Positions 47,718 through 57,705 of a DNA stretch of 64,000 nucleotides are shown one piece after another. Both the position numbers and the translations under genes were made by a program. The stretch is from a virus, in the IMG/VR virus record IMGVR_UViG_3300042261_000762, positions 40,108 through 104,107 of that record. One strand, written 5' to 3'. Below the pieces are notes generated by a model that saw only the letters and a program-made list of their open reading frames with translations, had not been told where the DNA came from and did no database searches. The first letter of the stretch is position 1, and each line of letters starts with the position of its first letter.

Positions 47718-49310
47718 TTACTCTGCTGGTGGTATTACCATCGGAGCGAACTTTTTCTTGACTTTAATATTATAATGAGTCAATCTTTGAAGTGTTCCTT
47801 CTTTACCAATAATTTCCATTATATCAAACAGAGAAGGACCATATCCCATTCCAGTTAAAACAAGTCTTAAAATTGGAGCAATATCTCCAAATTGAAGATT
47901 GTTTTGTGCTACATATCCTTCAAAAGCCTTTTGAATATTTTCTGAGCTCCATTCAGATACAGTTGCTAAGGCGTCTTTTAAACCAGCTAGAATTGCAGGA
48001 CTTTTATCGTTCCATTTATTTTTAACTGTTTTTTCATCAAAATTCGTTGGTGGTTTGAATAAATACATAGAAGCTTCATAAATATCACCAATGAAATTGG
48101 CCTTACCTTTATTCATTTGAACCATTTTTGCTACGGTTCTATCAGGAAGATTAATTCCTTTTTCTTTTAGAATAGGAATAAGTTTAGCTGTACATTCTTC
48201 ATCAGATACTTGTTTTAAGTATTGACCATTGTACCATTTAGCTTTATCAATATTAAATTTAGCTCCTGCTCTACCACAACGCTCTAATGAGAATGCAGCG
48301 ATAAGTTCATCCATACTCATTATTTCTTGTTCTGTTCCTGGATTCCAACCTAAGAAAGCTAAGAAGTTTACAAAAGCTTCTGGGAAATATCCTTCTTCTT
48401 TATATTTTAATGTAAATACGGAAAATCCTAAATCTTCAGCATTACGTTTTGATAATTTTCCGGCTCCGCCTGGGTTAAGTAAGAGAGCCAAGTGGGCAAA
48501 TTTAGGAACTTCCCATCCTAAAGATTTGTACAGAAAAACATGAAGCGGGGCACTTGGAAGCCACTCTTCACCACGAATTACATGACTCGTTTTCATTAAA
48601 TGGTCATCAACTATGTTAGCTAAGTGATATGTTGGAAGACCATCCGACTTGAACAGAACTTTATCATCAAGTGTATTTGTGTTAGCTTCAACGTTACCTC
48701 TGATAACATCCTCTACAACTATAATTTCATTTTCTGGAAACTTCGCTCTGATTACATGAGGAGTATTCTTAGCAAGTAAGTTTTGTACTTCTTCTGAACT
48801 CATTGTAAGTGAGTTCTTCATTGTCATTCTAGTAGTATGATCATATTGTGGTGATGCTACCCCTTTTTCGATCAATTTGGATTTCATATTTTCGATATCG
48901 TCTGGAGTATCAAAACAATAATATGCGTGACCTTTATCAATAAGTTCCTTGGCATATTTTGGATAAATATCATATCTCTCAGACTGACGATATGGACCAT
49001 ATGGTCCACCGATCCATGGGGCTTCATCCGGAGCAATTCCCATCCAATCTAATGATTTTTTAATATAATCTTCCGCTCCTTGAACGAAACGCTGTTGGTC
49101 TGTATCTTCTATTCTAAGATAGAATACGCCATTATATTTTTTAGCAAAAAGGTAATTATAAAGAGCTGTTCTTGCTCCACCAATATGCAAAAGTCCCGTA
49201 GGACTGGGAGCGAATCTGGTGCGAACCGTCCCAGATACACTTTCTTTCATCATACCAACGAATTTTTCAAATTCAGTAATGTTTATTAAATTCATGTTTT
49301 TCATGTTCAT
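47718..49310 (-). CDS. gltX: Glutamate--tRNA ligase
   Basis: RTRFAPSPTG, HIGG, RIEDTD, IRGEEW, KLSKR. Confidence 0.97.
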   Translation of the reverse strand: MNMKNMNLINITEFEKFVGMMKESVSGTVRTRFAPSPTGLLHIGGARTALYNYLFAKKYNGVFYLRIEDTDQQRFVQGAEDYIKKSLDWMGIAPDEAPWIGGPYGPYRQSERYDIYPKYAKELIDKGHAYYCFDTPDDIENMKSKLIEKGVASPQYDHTTRMTMKNSLTMSSEEVQNLLAKNTPHVIRAKFPENEIIVVEDVIRGNVEANTNTLDDKVLFKSDGLPTYHLANIVDDHLMKTSHVIRGEEWLPSAPLHVFLYKSLGWEVPKFAHLALLLNPGGAGKLSKRNAEDLGFSVFTLKYKEEGYFPEAFVNFLAFLGWNPGTEQEIMSMDELIAAFSLERCGRAGAKFNIDKAKWYNGQYLKQVSDEECTAKLIPILKEKGINLPDRTVAKMVQMNKGKANFIGDIYEASMYLFKPPTNFDEKTVKNKWNDKSPAILAGLKDALATVSEWSSENIQKAFEGYVAQNNLQFGDIAPILRLVLTGMGYGPSLFDIMEIIGKEGTLQRLTHYNIKVKKKFAPMVIPPAE

Positions 49311-49462
49311 CTTTTATTTTTTATAATCCAATTATATCCTAAATATTTATAATTATTTTTAATTATACTTCTGAAATTAATTTTTAATTTTTTTCTTAAT
49401 TCGTAAATAGAATTATATATTTTTATTATAATGTGTATATGTATTGTTTATCTTTCATTCTA

Positions 49463-49939
49463 TTAAAAAAGCCAGTTTTCTTCTGGTTTGTAATCATTCA
49501 TATAATCGTTTATAATATCTTTTAATTTTTTATCTTCTCTTTCATCCCAATTTTCTTCGCTATATGGGTCTATATCAGATTCTTCTTCTACACTTTCCCA
49601 TACTTCTTCACCATAAGGATCTTCTGGATGTTCTTCCATCCATCTTAATCTTTTTATTTCAAATTCTTCTAATTTTCTTTTATATTTTTCTATTGTTTCT
49701 TTTGGAGCTTTTAATAGAAGTTTTTCTCCAACTATGTGACAAAATGGTTCTTCGTTGTCTATAAAACACACCTTGAATCTTCTAGGCCCGTGTTGGTATC
49801 CACGATAAGGTAAAGGAACTTCATCTATTATTTTAACAATACCTTTTTCTAGATGATTAAAATTTCCATTATAGATTGCATAATCTCCAACGTTTAAATC
49901 TCCTAATTGTTCATTTACAAAACTGTTAAAATTTAACAT
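49463..49939 (-). CDS. DPYGEE-motif protein (two copies)
   Basis: MLNFNSFVNEQ; DPYGEEVW and DPYSEENW. Confidence 0.8.
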   Translation of the reverse strand: MLNFNSFVNEQLGDLNVGDYAIYNGNFNHLEKGIVKIIDEVPLPYRGYQHGPRRFKVCFIDNEEPFCHIVGEKLLLKAPKETIEKYKRKLEEFEIKRLRWMEEHPEDPYGEEVWESVEEESDIDPYSEENWDEREDKKLKDIINDYMNDYKPEENWLF

Positions 49940-49947
49940 TAATTTTT

Positions 49948-50334
49948 TTATTTTTTTCTATAATTCAATTCATAATAATCTATATATCCTGTACCATTAC
50001 ATTCTGGACAATCAACTTCTTCGCCTGTGTCTTGGTCTGTCCATCCACCTTCTCCTCCACATTCATCACACATTTCATCATCTCTGTCACCACATAATTG
50101 CTTTAATTCTTCGTCTGTATAATTTAAAAGAGACTGTCTTATTAAATCACTTATGAAGTGTCTATAATCATAAGGATTATTAATTAGATCCTCTATTATA
50201 TCAGAAATCATTCTATCTCTATCTAATTCCATTGGTTTTTCATTCCAATTTTCTTCTCCATAAGGGTCTAATATATTATCCATGTCTTTTTTGTTTTCGA
50301 ATGCAAAATTATGAAAATTTTTTATATTTTCCAT
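49948..50334 (-). CDS. DPYGEE-motif protein with zinc finger
   Basis: MENIKNFHNFAFE; CDECGGEG...CPECNGTG. Confidence 0.75.
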   Translation of the reverse strand: MENIKNFHNFAFENKKDMDNILDPYGEENWNEKPMELDRDRMISDIIEDLINNPYDYRHFISDLIRQSLLNYTDEELKQLCGDRDDEMCDECGGEGGWTDQDTGEEVDCPECNGTGYIDYYELNYRKK

Positions 50335-50342
50335 CAAAATTT

Positions 50343-50561
50343 TTATTTTTCTTCCCAATTTTCTTCTCCATAAGGATCATTAATATATTTTGGAGGATCT
50401 ATTTCTTTATTCATAATTAAAGCAAGAATATCATCTAATCTTTGATTAATATTTTTTTCCATAAGTTCTAAACGTCTTATAACTCTTCTTGCACCAGAGT
50501 AAGCATCACAAGACTCATCTATTTTTTCAAATTCATCTATTATTTCATTAAAAGATTTCAC
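50343..50561 (-). CDS. Small DPYGEE-tagged protein
   Basis: GTG start; ends NDPYGEENWEEK*. Confidence 0.7.
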   Translation of the reverse strand: MKSFNEIIDEFEKIDESCDAYSGARRVIRRLELMEKNINQRLDDILALIMNKEIDPPKYINDPYGEENWEEK

Positions 50562-50627
50562 GTTCCTATATATTAAAATTATTTTTTAATTAATTATATA
50601 TCCCAACCCGGATCTTTTAAACACATA

Positions 50628-51734
50628 TCACATATCTTCTCTACAATCAGGACAAACTTGGTCTAACATTAAAGCATATGGATAACGTTCTCCACATATT
50701 CTACAATGAGTATAATCAAGTTCTCTATCTCTATCATCTAAATAATCCAATATCCCTCTATCAAATTCTTCCTTTTCCTTATCTTCGTTCCAGTTTTCTT
50801 CACCATAAGGATCTAAATCATTTTGATTTTCGAATATCTTAAATTTATTATCATTCAAATATTTTCTTTTATTATAGTCGTGAATTTTAAAAACTTCTTC
50901 CCAACTTATTATTCCTTCTTCTGGTCTTGATATCTCATCCGTTTTAATTTTTTTGAAAATATCAATCTCTTTAATAACAAAATCTTCCATTATTTTATCT
51001 CTCAATGTATCTTTTTCAAGACTATTAAAATATCTAGTTTTTTTCTTTCTATTATTTTCTATATTTTTATTTTTTTTAATCTTTTTAATTCTAGCTCTTC
51101 TGCTACCAGCAAAATATGGATCTTCTATTACGTCACTAGCAACACCAATAACATCTGGACGTCTGAATGTTGCAGAATCAGGACCTTTATTGAAAGAAGG
51201 ACCGGCATTTTGTTGATCGCTATGACCCATAGAACCATATCCTGTTACATTTCTATAATCAGAATACTCGTTTAGTGGACTTTGACACATTATAAAATCT
51301 TCTTTTGAAATTTTAAATATTTTCAATATATCTGAAAATTTTAAGTCTTGAAAATCCCCTTCTCCTTGCCAATCGCATACATATACTTTTATTCCAATTT
51401 TATCATCCATTACTAATTTCTTTTCTTCTTCGTTTAATGGAATAAAATCCCAGTCTGGAAGAGGGAAAAATTCAAATGAATATCCTTTTTCAAAACATTC
51501 ACCAACAGCCATTAAATAATCACATGCTTTTGTTCCTTGAAATCTAAATTGAATTATACCTCCTTCTTTATTAACCGGATTGGCGTCGTTGTGATAAGAA
51601 GAAAAATAATAAAACCCACCGTCTTTTAATGCTACTTTTTGAATATCAAATCCGTTTAATTCTTCCCATATTTCTTCACCATATGGGTCTATTTTATTTC
51701 TATCTTGTTCGAATAATTTGAATTTTTTTATCAT
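50628..51734 (-). CDS. Modular DPYGEE-motif protein (two copies) with terminal zinc ribbon
   Basis: MIKKFKLFEQ; internal KFKIFENQNDLDPYGEE; CRICG...CPDC. Confidence 0.8.
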   Translation of the reverse strand: MIKKFKLFEQDRNKIDPYGEEIWEELNGFDIQKVALKDGGFYYFSSYHNDANPVNKEGGIIQFRFQGTKACDYLMAVGECFEKGYSFEFFPLPDWDFIPLNEEEKKLVMDDKIGIKVYVCDWQGEGDFQDLKFSDILKIFKISKEDFIMCQSPLNEYSDYRNVTGYGSMGHSDQQNAGPSFNKGPDSATFRRPDVIGVASDVIEDPYFAGSRRARIKKIKKNKNIENNRKKKTRYFNSLEKDTLRDKIMEDFVIKEIDIFKKIKTDEISRPEEGIISWEEVFKIHDYNKRKYLNDNKFKIFENQNDLDPYGEENWNEDKEKEEFDRGILDYLDDRDRELDYTHCRICGERYPYALMLDQVCPDCREDM

Positions 51735-51748
51735 AAAATTAATTTTTT

Positions 51749-52414
51749 TTAAAATCTGTTATCTTCTCTAAAATATATTTCTTCTCTATGCATTAGCCAA
51801 TCGAAGTGTTCACTACACAAATAAGTTGTTAAATTATGTCTCATTTCAAATTCTCTATATTGTTCTTCTTCAAAATGTGGGTTCCACGGATTTTCTTCTC
51901 CTACTTTATGACTTGCCATATTTTGACAACCAACTATCATACATTTAACTCCTTTAACAGAACCTGGTAATTTATGTTCATCCCCCCAGTTTTCTTCCCC
52001 GTAAGGATCTATTTTATTTTTACCTCTTTTATATCTCTTATTCTCATCAATCTTATTTTCAATTCTTTTCTTCATTTTATTTATGAGTTCGTCTAATTGA
52101 AGAATAAAATTTTCTTTGGATGTTATGTTTGTTGTTTCTGTTTTTGTTTCATTCCCTCTTTCGTGTGATAATTGTAATGTATTTTGCCCGTGTAATTCAT
52201 AGAAATCGAAATTAAATCCCTTAAATTTAAATTCTATGGTTCTACCTATCTTTGGATAATCTGGATCAGCATCCATGTATGTAAAATTCTTAACTCCTCT
52301 TATATTTTTTATAAAATCGATGTAATCGTCAAATGGAAATTCATTCCAATCTTCCTCACCGTAAGGATCGATATTAGAGTCGATTTGTTCAAATATTTTA
52401 AATTTTCTTATCAC
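51749..52414 (-). CDS. DPYGEE-motif protein (two copies)
   Basis: MIRKFKIFEQIDSNIDPYGEEDW. Confidence 0.8.
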   Translation of the reverse strand: MIRKFKIFEQIDSNIDPYGEEDWNEFPFDDYIDFIKNIRGVKNFTYMDADPDYPKIGRTIEFKFKGFNFDFYELHGQNTLQLSHERGNETKTETTNITSKENFILQLDELINKMKKRIENKIDENKRYKRGKNKIDPYGEENWGDEHKLPGSVKGVKCMIVGCQNMASHKVGEENPWNPHFEEEQYREFEMRHNLTTYLCSEHFDWLMHREEIYFREDNRF

Positions 52415-53238
52415 TTAATTCTTTTTAATTTTTCTATTATTGGATCTATTCTTCTTTTAAGACCATATAAAATACTAGTCCCTTCAAAAGCGTCATTCCA
52501 AACATGGGCTATATATTTAATTCTAGCAATAGTTGCTTCGTCAATTTGACCATCACTCTTTTTCAAGAAAGATAAAATTTTCTTTTCTATTGTATCAGGT
52601 TTTGTATCTTTTAATAATTCAATAACTTCAGACATATTTTGTAATGTATCTAATAGATCAATAAATCCACTAACATCAGTGTGTACTGATTCTTGCGCCC
52701 ATTCACCTTCTACATAATTATATTTAAATTTTTTATTTTTATCTTTTTCTCCCCATTCTTCTTCACCATAAGGATCATGTGCTTGAATTTTTTTTCTTTC
52801 TTCTTCTTGTTCATCTTTATATTTTCTTGTAGCGACTGGATCTAATTCCAACATGTGTTCTGGAACTCCTTTTAATGTTCTTATAGTATCAGTTCTAGTT
52901 ATAGAATCCTTTTTACATCGTCCTTCTTCATCATAAATTAGATGCATAATTCCACTATAAACATCTAAAAATTCTATAGCATATGTATTTGTTTTAGATT
53001 TTGCAAATGGAATTTCAATATAACGATCTCTATCTATTCTATCGCCGATTCCTTGAAAAAAACTTCTACCTTTTTTTCTAGTTCCATATGAAATTTTACA
53101 TAATTTACCATCAAGTTCTTTATCGTTAGGATTATGATATATACAAATATCACCGCCATGAAATTTATGTTTATGAAAATGGTGTTCCAAACCCATTATT
53201 TTTACTTCTTCGTTATATTTCTGAAATTTCTTTATCAT
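52411..53238 (-). CDS. DPYGEE-motif protein
   Basis: Likely start MIKKFQKYNEE; HDPYGEEEW. Confidence 0.8.
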   Translation of the reverse strand: MIKKFQKYNEEVKIMGLEHHFHKHKFHGGDICIYHNPNDKELDGKLCKISYGTRKKGRSFFQGIGDRIDRDRYIEIPFAKSKTNTYAIEFLDVYSGIMHLIYDEEGRCKKDSITRTDTIRTLKGVPEHMLELDPVATRKYKDEQEEERKKIQAHDPYGEEEWGEKDKNKKFKYNYVEGEWAQESVHTDVSGFIDLLDTLQNMSEVIELLKDTKPDTIEKKILSFLKKSDGQIDEATIARIKYIAHVWNDAFEGTSILYGLKRRIDPIIEKLKRIK

Positions 53239-53376
53239 AAATTTTCTGACCAATCTTCTTCACCATAAGGATCAAAGATTTTATTTTTATTTTTTTATTT
53301 CTTCTAATTTTGTTCTTTGTTCATCGATGGCATTTTTCTTTTTTCTAAATATATTAAATTCTTCAAATGTTCTCAT
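53235..53376 (-). pseudogene. Frameshifted mini-gene: capsid-targeting-like start plus DPYGEE tag
   Basis: MRTFEEFN...LEEIKK*; removing one A from the A7 run (53290-53296) gives ...IKNKNKIFDPYGEEDWSENL*. Confidence 0.65.
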
Positions 53377-55901
53377 TATGTCCAATTTTTATTTACATAG
53401 TTATCAGTATAAATATTTCTATCTGCATTATCAGCCAATAATACTTTTTCAGCGTTAGCAATATAGTATTGATTTAATACATTCCTTATTTCATTATCTG
53501 GAATTATATCTGTTAATATTCTTAAATTAGTATATTTAATATTAGTTCCTTTTATTTCAATGTCAGATTCATGTGTGAAAGATTGATTTAACGTATCTGT
53601 GTACTTAACATCTTTAACAGTTATATAATCTGTTGATAAATTTCTAGACTCTTCTTGATTATCTACGGGTTTATATCCGGCACTTATTAAATAAGTATAT
53701 CCAGTTGAGTCCGCCCAATTTATAGATTCTACTTGATAAGAAGTAGGATTAAAGAACACTATATTATAATCATTTTCTCTTGTGTGCAAATTCAAAGATA
53801 ACGTTTGTTGTCTTTGATCTATGTTTATTACAAGAGAATACCAAATATTGGTCAATAGATTTACATTCTGTAATTTATAATATTGTTCATTTAATTGGAA
53901 ATTAATATCTTTTTTGAAATACCATAATCTATATCCTGTTTTAGTAGTTTCATCGTAATTATCTAATAACCAGAAATTAGTATTTTGATCAACGTTATAT
54001 AATTCTATAGCATTTTTATTCGGTTTTTCTGGTGTCCATCCATTATTGAAATTAAACCAACATATTATTGATCTGTTTGTTGATTCCGTAAAAGTATTAT
54101 CGGTCTTTTTATATACTATAGCAGTTTTTCCTATAGCCTTACTAAAATCATAATGACTCTTCGATACATCAAAATTACCATTTGTTATTAATTCTTGAAC
54201 TCTAATTACTTTATTATTAACAACGTAACGCATAGGATCAAAAGTAAATGGTTTGAATTGTTCGATATTAGCGATCATTTCTTCTTCATTTTTCTTTTCT
54301 GGGCCGAAGAGTTCGCTCATTGTAGTATTTTTTGTAAGAGTATCGAGTAAAGCTTTTGATTCTTCGTGTAAGTTTCTGATGTTTGCTTTTTGTTCGTATT
54401 TTTCTAATATTACTTTATAATAATATCCAGCGTTCATTACGTCTCTGAATACTTGTGCGTGTTTTATGTAATATAATCTATTTATAGGGCACATGAATAA
54501 TATGTCATTCTCTGAAGGACGTGCTGTTATTCCAAATTTACGTTTAAACTCATCTTTCAAAATATGAATTTCGAATGTATCAAAGAGATCAAGACTAAAT
54601 TGATTAAATTTAATCATGTTATCTGGGAATTTATTATCAGGCACAAGAACCTTTATTTTTTTCATATCAACTATATTGAATAATTGATATTCGTGTAATA
54701 TCATATCTTCACCATTTGAATCTGGATCTGTTAAATGATAATCAACTTCCCAAGCAAATATGTTATTAACATCATTTGCTAACTTATTAGCAAATGCCAT
54801 AATTTGTGTTATATCATATGGTTTCCATAATGTATCTGTGTTAGCTTGATTCTCTGCTGTCATTCCAGCCATAACTCCACCAGCTGGCACTGTTCCATTA
54901 GAACTTAAAGGGCTCGTGGAATAACAACTTAATCCTTGTGTCCAAAAATTCATATTTAGATCATATGGTGTCATCGCTCCTGTCGGAGTACCATTACCTG
55001 GTGCTATTCCATAAGATACTCCAGATGTAGTCGGAATATTAAATCCACAAGAATCTGTCGCTCCCGTTGATTGATTTATATAAGGTACTAAACAGTCTTG
55101 TCTTATTCCATATCTATTTGTTTTCAGATAATTAGCTGAAACGTTTTGAAAATTTCCAGTTAAAATAATATCATAAACGTTATTTGGTTGATCTGATTCT
55201 ATATATAATTTCACTTTATATTCAATTCTAGCAAACCTTAAATTATTAAATCTAAAAGTTGATATATTAGATTTTGTAAGTGGTTCCCATTTTGAATAAG
55301 TTCTTCCATTGTCTTGTGTAACTCTATACATAATATCAAGATTACCTGGATCATCCGCTATAATTTGAAAGTCACTCAAAGAGAATATTTTATAAATATC
55401 TTTTGGTATTAAGATAACTGCGTTGTCCTCTTCTGTGCCTCCAGACAGAGTAAAGGGTCCATCTGTATAATTGAATTCATAATCTCCATAAATAACCAAT
55501 GCTTGTGAGTATTGATCATCCCCAAAATAGATATTAGTTCTTGGGTGTTGTGCGTCATTCGCTCCATCGTCTACTCTCATTATAAAGAACTCAATATCAA
55601 AAGGAACATTCGGAAGACAAGTTATTCCGGTAATTGATTCTATTGGCATCATGTCACTCCAACAATCTTGACATCTAGCTCCTTCATTGTCATATTTATT
55701 TTGATATTTGAAAAATATCTTGACGTATTGCCATGTTTTTTCTCCTCTTATGATGTCAGTATATGCTCTTATATTTTTAACTCCTGTAATGGGAGCAGTT
55801 GGTCTAAGATACAACGTATTGTTTGTTGGGGACAAAATTTGATAACCAATGAAATTCATTGTAAAAGTGCCGTCATACATTTTATTTAAGAGATAATTCA
55901 T
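53376..55901 (-). CDS. Virion structural protein, possibly with a neck/head-closure (gp14-like) domain
   Basis: 841 aa; DMILHEY...FEIHI...RPSENDILF...RLYYI...YYKVILEKY; adjacent to tail-like genes. Confidence 0.55.
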   Translation of the reverse strand: MNYLLNKMYDGTFTMNFIGYQILSPTNNTLYLRPTAPITGVKNIRAYTDIIRGEKTWQYVKIFFKYQNKYDNEGARCQDCWSDMMPIESITGITCLPNVPFDIEFFIMRVDDGANDAQHPRTNIYFGDDQYSQALVIYGDYEFNYTDGPFTLSGGTEEDNAVILIPKDIYKIFSLSDFQIIADDPGNLDIMYRVTQDNGRTYSKWEPLTKSNISTFRFNNLRFARIEYKVKLYIESDQPNNVYDIILTGNFQNVSANYLKTNRYGIRQDCLVPYINQSTGATDSCGFNIPTTSGVSYGIAPGNGTPTGAMTPYDLNMNFWTQGLSCYSTSPLSSNGTVPAGGVMAGMTAENQANTDTLWKPYDITQIMAFANKLANDVNNIFAWEVDYHLTDPDSNGEDMILHEYQLFNIVDMKKIKVLVPDNKFPDNMIKFNQFSLDLFDTFEIHILKDEFKRKFGITARPSENDILFMCPINRLYYIKHAQVFRDVMNAGYYYKVILEKYEQKANIRNLHEESKALLDTLTKNTTMSELFGPEKKNEEEMIANIEQFKPFTFDPMRYVVNNKVIRVQELITNGNFDVSKSHYDFSKAIGKTAIVYKKTDNTFTESTNRSIICWFNFNNGWTPEKPNKNAIELYNVDQNTNFWLLDNYDETTKTGYRLWYFKKDINFQLNEQYYKLQNVNLLTNIWYSLVINIDQRQQTLSLNLHTRENDYNIVFFNPTSYQVESINWADSTGYTYLISAGYKPVDNQEESRNLSTDYITVKDVKYTDTLNQSFTHESDIEIKGTNIKYTNLRILTDIIPDNEIRNVLNQYYIANAEKVLLADNADRNIYTDNYVNKNWT

Positions 55902-55973
55902 AATTTAAAAAAAGGCATTTTTAATTTAATATATATATAAAAACAAGAAAACCAAAAAAATTAGTAAAGGATT

Positions 55974-56225
55974 ATGAATAATCTAAGGACTTTTGAAGAA
56001 TTTAAATGGCCTTTCAATTTTGGAAAGAAAAAGACAAATATTATAGATAATAATGATCCTTATAGTGAAGAAGTAGATGATCATGATAACGAAAAATCTT
56101 GGTATTATGAAGATCTACCGTCAAATGATTATAATAAAATACATTGTCCTTCATGCGGGAGTAGTGATACCTATGAAGAAAGATATGATTGGCATGTTTG
56201 CAATAACTGCAATAGTTGGTTTTAA
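55974..56225 (+). CDS. Zinc-ribbon protein with DPYSEE motif
   Basis: MNNLRTFEEF; CPSCGS...CNNC. Confidence 0.75.
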   Translation: MNNLRTFEEFKWPFNFGKKKTNIIDNNDPYSEEVDDHDNEKSWYYEDLPSNDYNKIHCPSCGSSDTYEERYDWHVCNNCNSWF

Positions 56226-56244
56226 AAAAAAATAATATAGAAAT

Positions 56245-56472
56245 ATGAGAAAAAGCAATAAGAAACTTAAAACTTTTGAACAATTCGAAGAGGTTGAAGT
56301 TGTGATTGATAAAAAAAGATTAACTGGACTTATTGACATGGCCAAACCAGTTCTTGATGAGATAGCACAAATGGTTCAACAAGAAGACGAAAGAACAATT
56401 TCAGTTGAAATGTATAGTAGAATCGTGGCAGCGTCTGAAGCTTTGGAGGAACTTGCAATAATGTATAGATAA
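56245..56472 (+). CDS. Hypothetical protein
   Basis: KLKTFEQFEE near the N-terminus. Confidence 0.7.
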   Translation: MRKSNKKLKTFEQFEEVEVVIDKKRLTGLIDMAKPVLDEIAQMVQQEDERTISVEMYSRIVAASEALEELAIMYR

Positions 56473-56489
56473 AAAAATAAAATAAAAAA

Positions 56490-57689
56490 ATGCCATATAT
56501 ACAACCTAATATATTATTAACACCAACAGAAAAACTCATAAAACCATATGAGTGTGCTTTCATTGTTATTGAAGGACCTAATATGAAAGGCAAACTCAGC
56601 CTTGAAGGTTTGGAAATTAAATATGATTCTTTTTATTTATCTCAATTAACCTTGAATGAGAATTCTAAGGATCAACCTCTTATGTATGGATTTTTAGGAG
56701 AAAGTGTTACATATTTAATGATTAGGGCAAAATATATGCCTTTAGATCCTAACTGGGCATTAGAAACGGATCAGTATATTCAGTATTATTTTAAGGATGA
56801 TCCGGGTCAAGTAAGATCAATGAGCCAGCTTTTAGTATTAACTGGGAATAGTACTAATAGAATTCCACAAATATTTTTCAATAATCCTAGTACTAAATAT
56901 AAAGTTTATCTTGAGGTATTGATGGCAAATCTACCACAACCTGATCTTAAGAATTTGCAGCAATACACTAATAGTAGTTCATTCAGCGGATTATATTATA
57001 ATTCTATTATATCTGATGTTGTAAATTACATTTCGCCAACCTCAACTGGATCTACAGAACTTCAGATTATAGATATTAACAGTAATCCAGTTTTAATAAT
57101 ACCTTATGTGAATATAAGAACAGTATTAAAAGTAAATGCTACTACATTAATAATTGGTCTTGATACTGAAGAGAAAGTAAAATTGGAATTTTTAAGTGAA
57201 TTTAATTGTGATCAAGCAAATAGTAGAATAAATTGGGTATTAGAATTAACAAGAAGAAGATATTTAACGAAAACGGATCCTCCTATAGATACTACTTCTC
57301 CTGTTATTACTTGGAATGATGTTCTTTCTGGAACAACAACAGGAATAACCAGTGGAACTACTACTATTTACTTAATACCGTCTGGACAAACATATTCGGA
57401 AACAAATATAAAAGAAATATTTTTATCTGGTATAACTGATAATAGAGACGGAGAAATAAGTATATATGACGCTATAGTCGAAATGCACGAATTGAACGAT
57501 ATTGTTCCTACAACAGGGATAACAAATATAGGAACATACGAAATATATATTAGTGTTAGAGACATAGCTAATAATTGGTACTATGCCGACACTAGATACG
57601 TATCTATATATACGACAGAAGACAATATAATTGAAACCGGGTATTGGGATGATGACGGAATATGGATTGATATAATACCATGGTTCTAA
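56490..57689 (+). CDS. Putative virion structural protein with C-terminal Ig-like domain
   Basis: DTTSPVI...TDNRDG...GTYEIYISVRDIANN. Confidence 0.65.
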   Translation: MPYIQPNILLTPTEKLIKPYECAFIVIEGPNMKGKLSLEGLEIKYDSFYLSQLTLNENSKDQPLMYGFLGESVTYLMIRAKYMPLDPNWALETDQYIQYYFKDDPGQVRSMSQLLVLTGNSTNRIPQIFFNNPSTKYKVYLEVLMANLPQPDLKNLQQYTNSSSFSGLYYNSIISDVVNYISPTSTGSTELQIIDINSNPVLIIPYVNIRTVLKVNATTLIIGLDTEEKVKLEFLSEFNCDQANSRINWVLELTRRRYLTKTDPPIDTTSPVITWNDVLSGTTTGITSGTTTIYLIPSGQTYSETNIKEIFLSGITDNRDGEISIYDAIVEMHELNDIVPTTGITNIGTYEIYISVRDIANNWYYADTRYVSIYTTEDNIIETGYWDDDGIWIDIIPWF

Positions 57690-57705
57690 AATAATTATAA
57701 AATGA

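Noticed and set aside
15919-49310. Bacterial chromosome origin suggested by dnaJ, gltX, glnII, guaC, ppk2 and tdk
   Set aside because: These genes are isolated among short hypothetical genes, homing endonucleases, capsid/portal-like sequences and tail-fibre genes, which is typical of huge phages.
3986-56070. GATCCTTATGGTGAAGAA repeats as a CRISPR array, DNA repeat or mobile element
   Set aside because: Dispersed, irregularly spaced, always in frame, and variable at synonymous positions, so it is a peptide motif. No cas genes are present.
675-57565. Numerous short antisense ORFs in the track (e.g. 675, 775, 4310, 14935, 16219, 48229, 50953)
   Set aside because: They lie opposite well-supported genes and have composition typical of antisense frames in AT-rich DNA.
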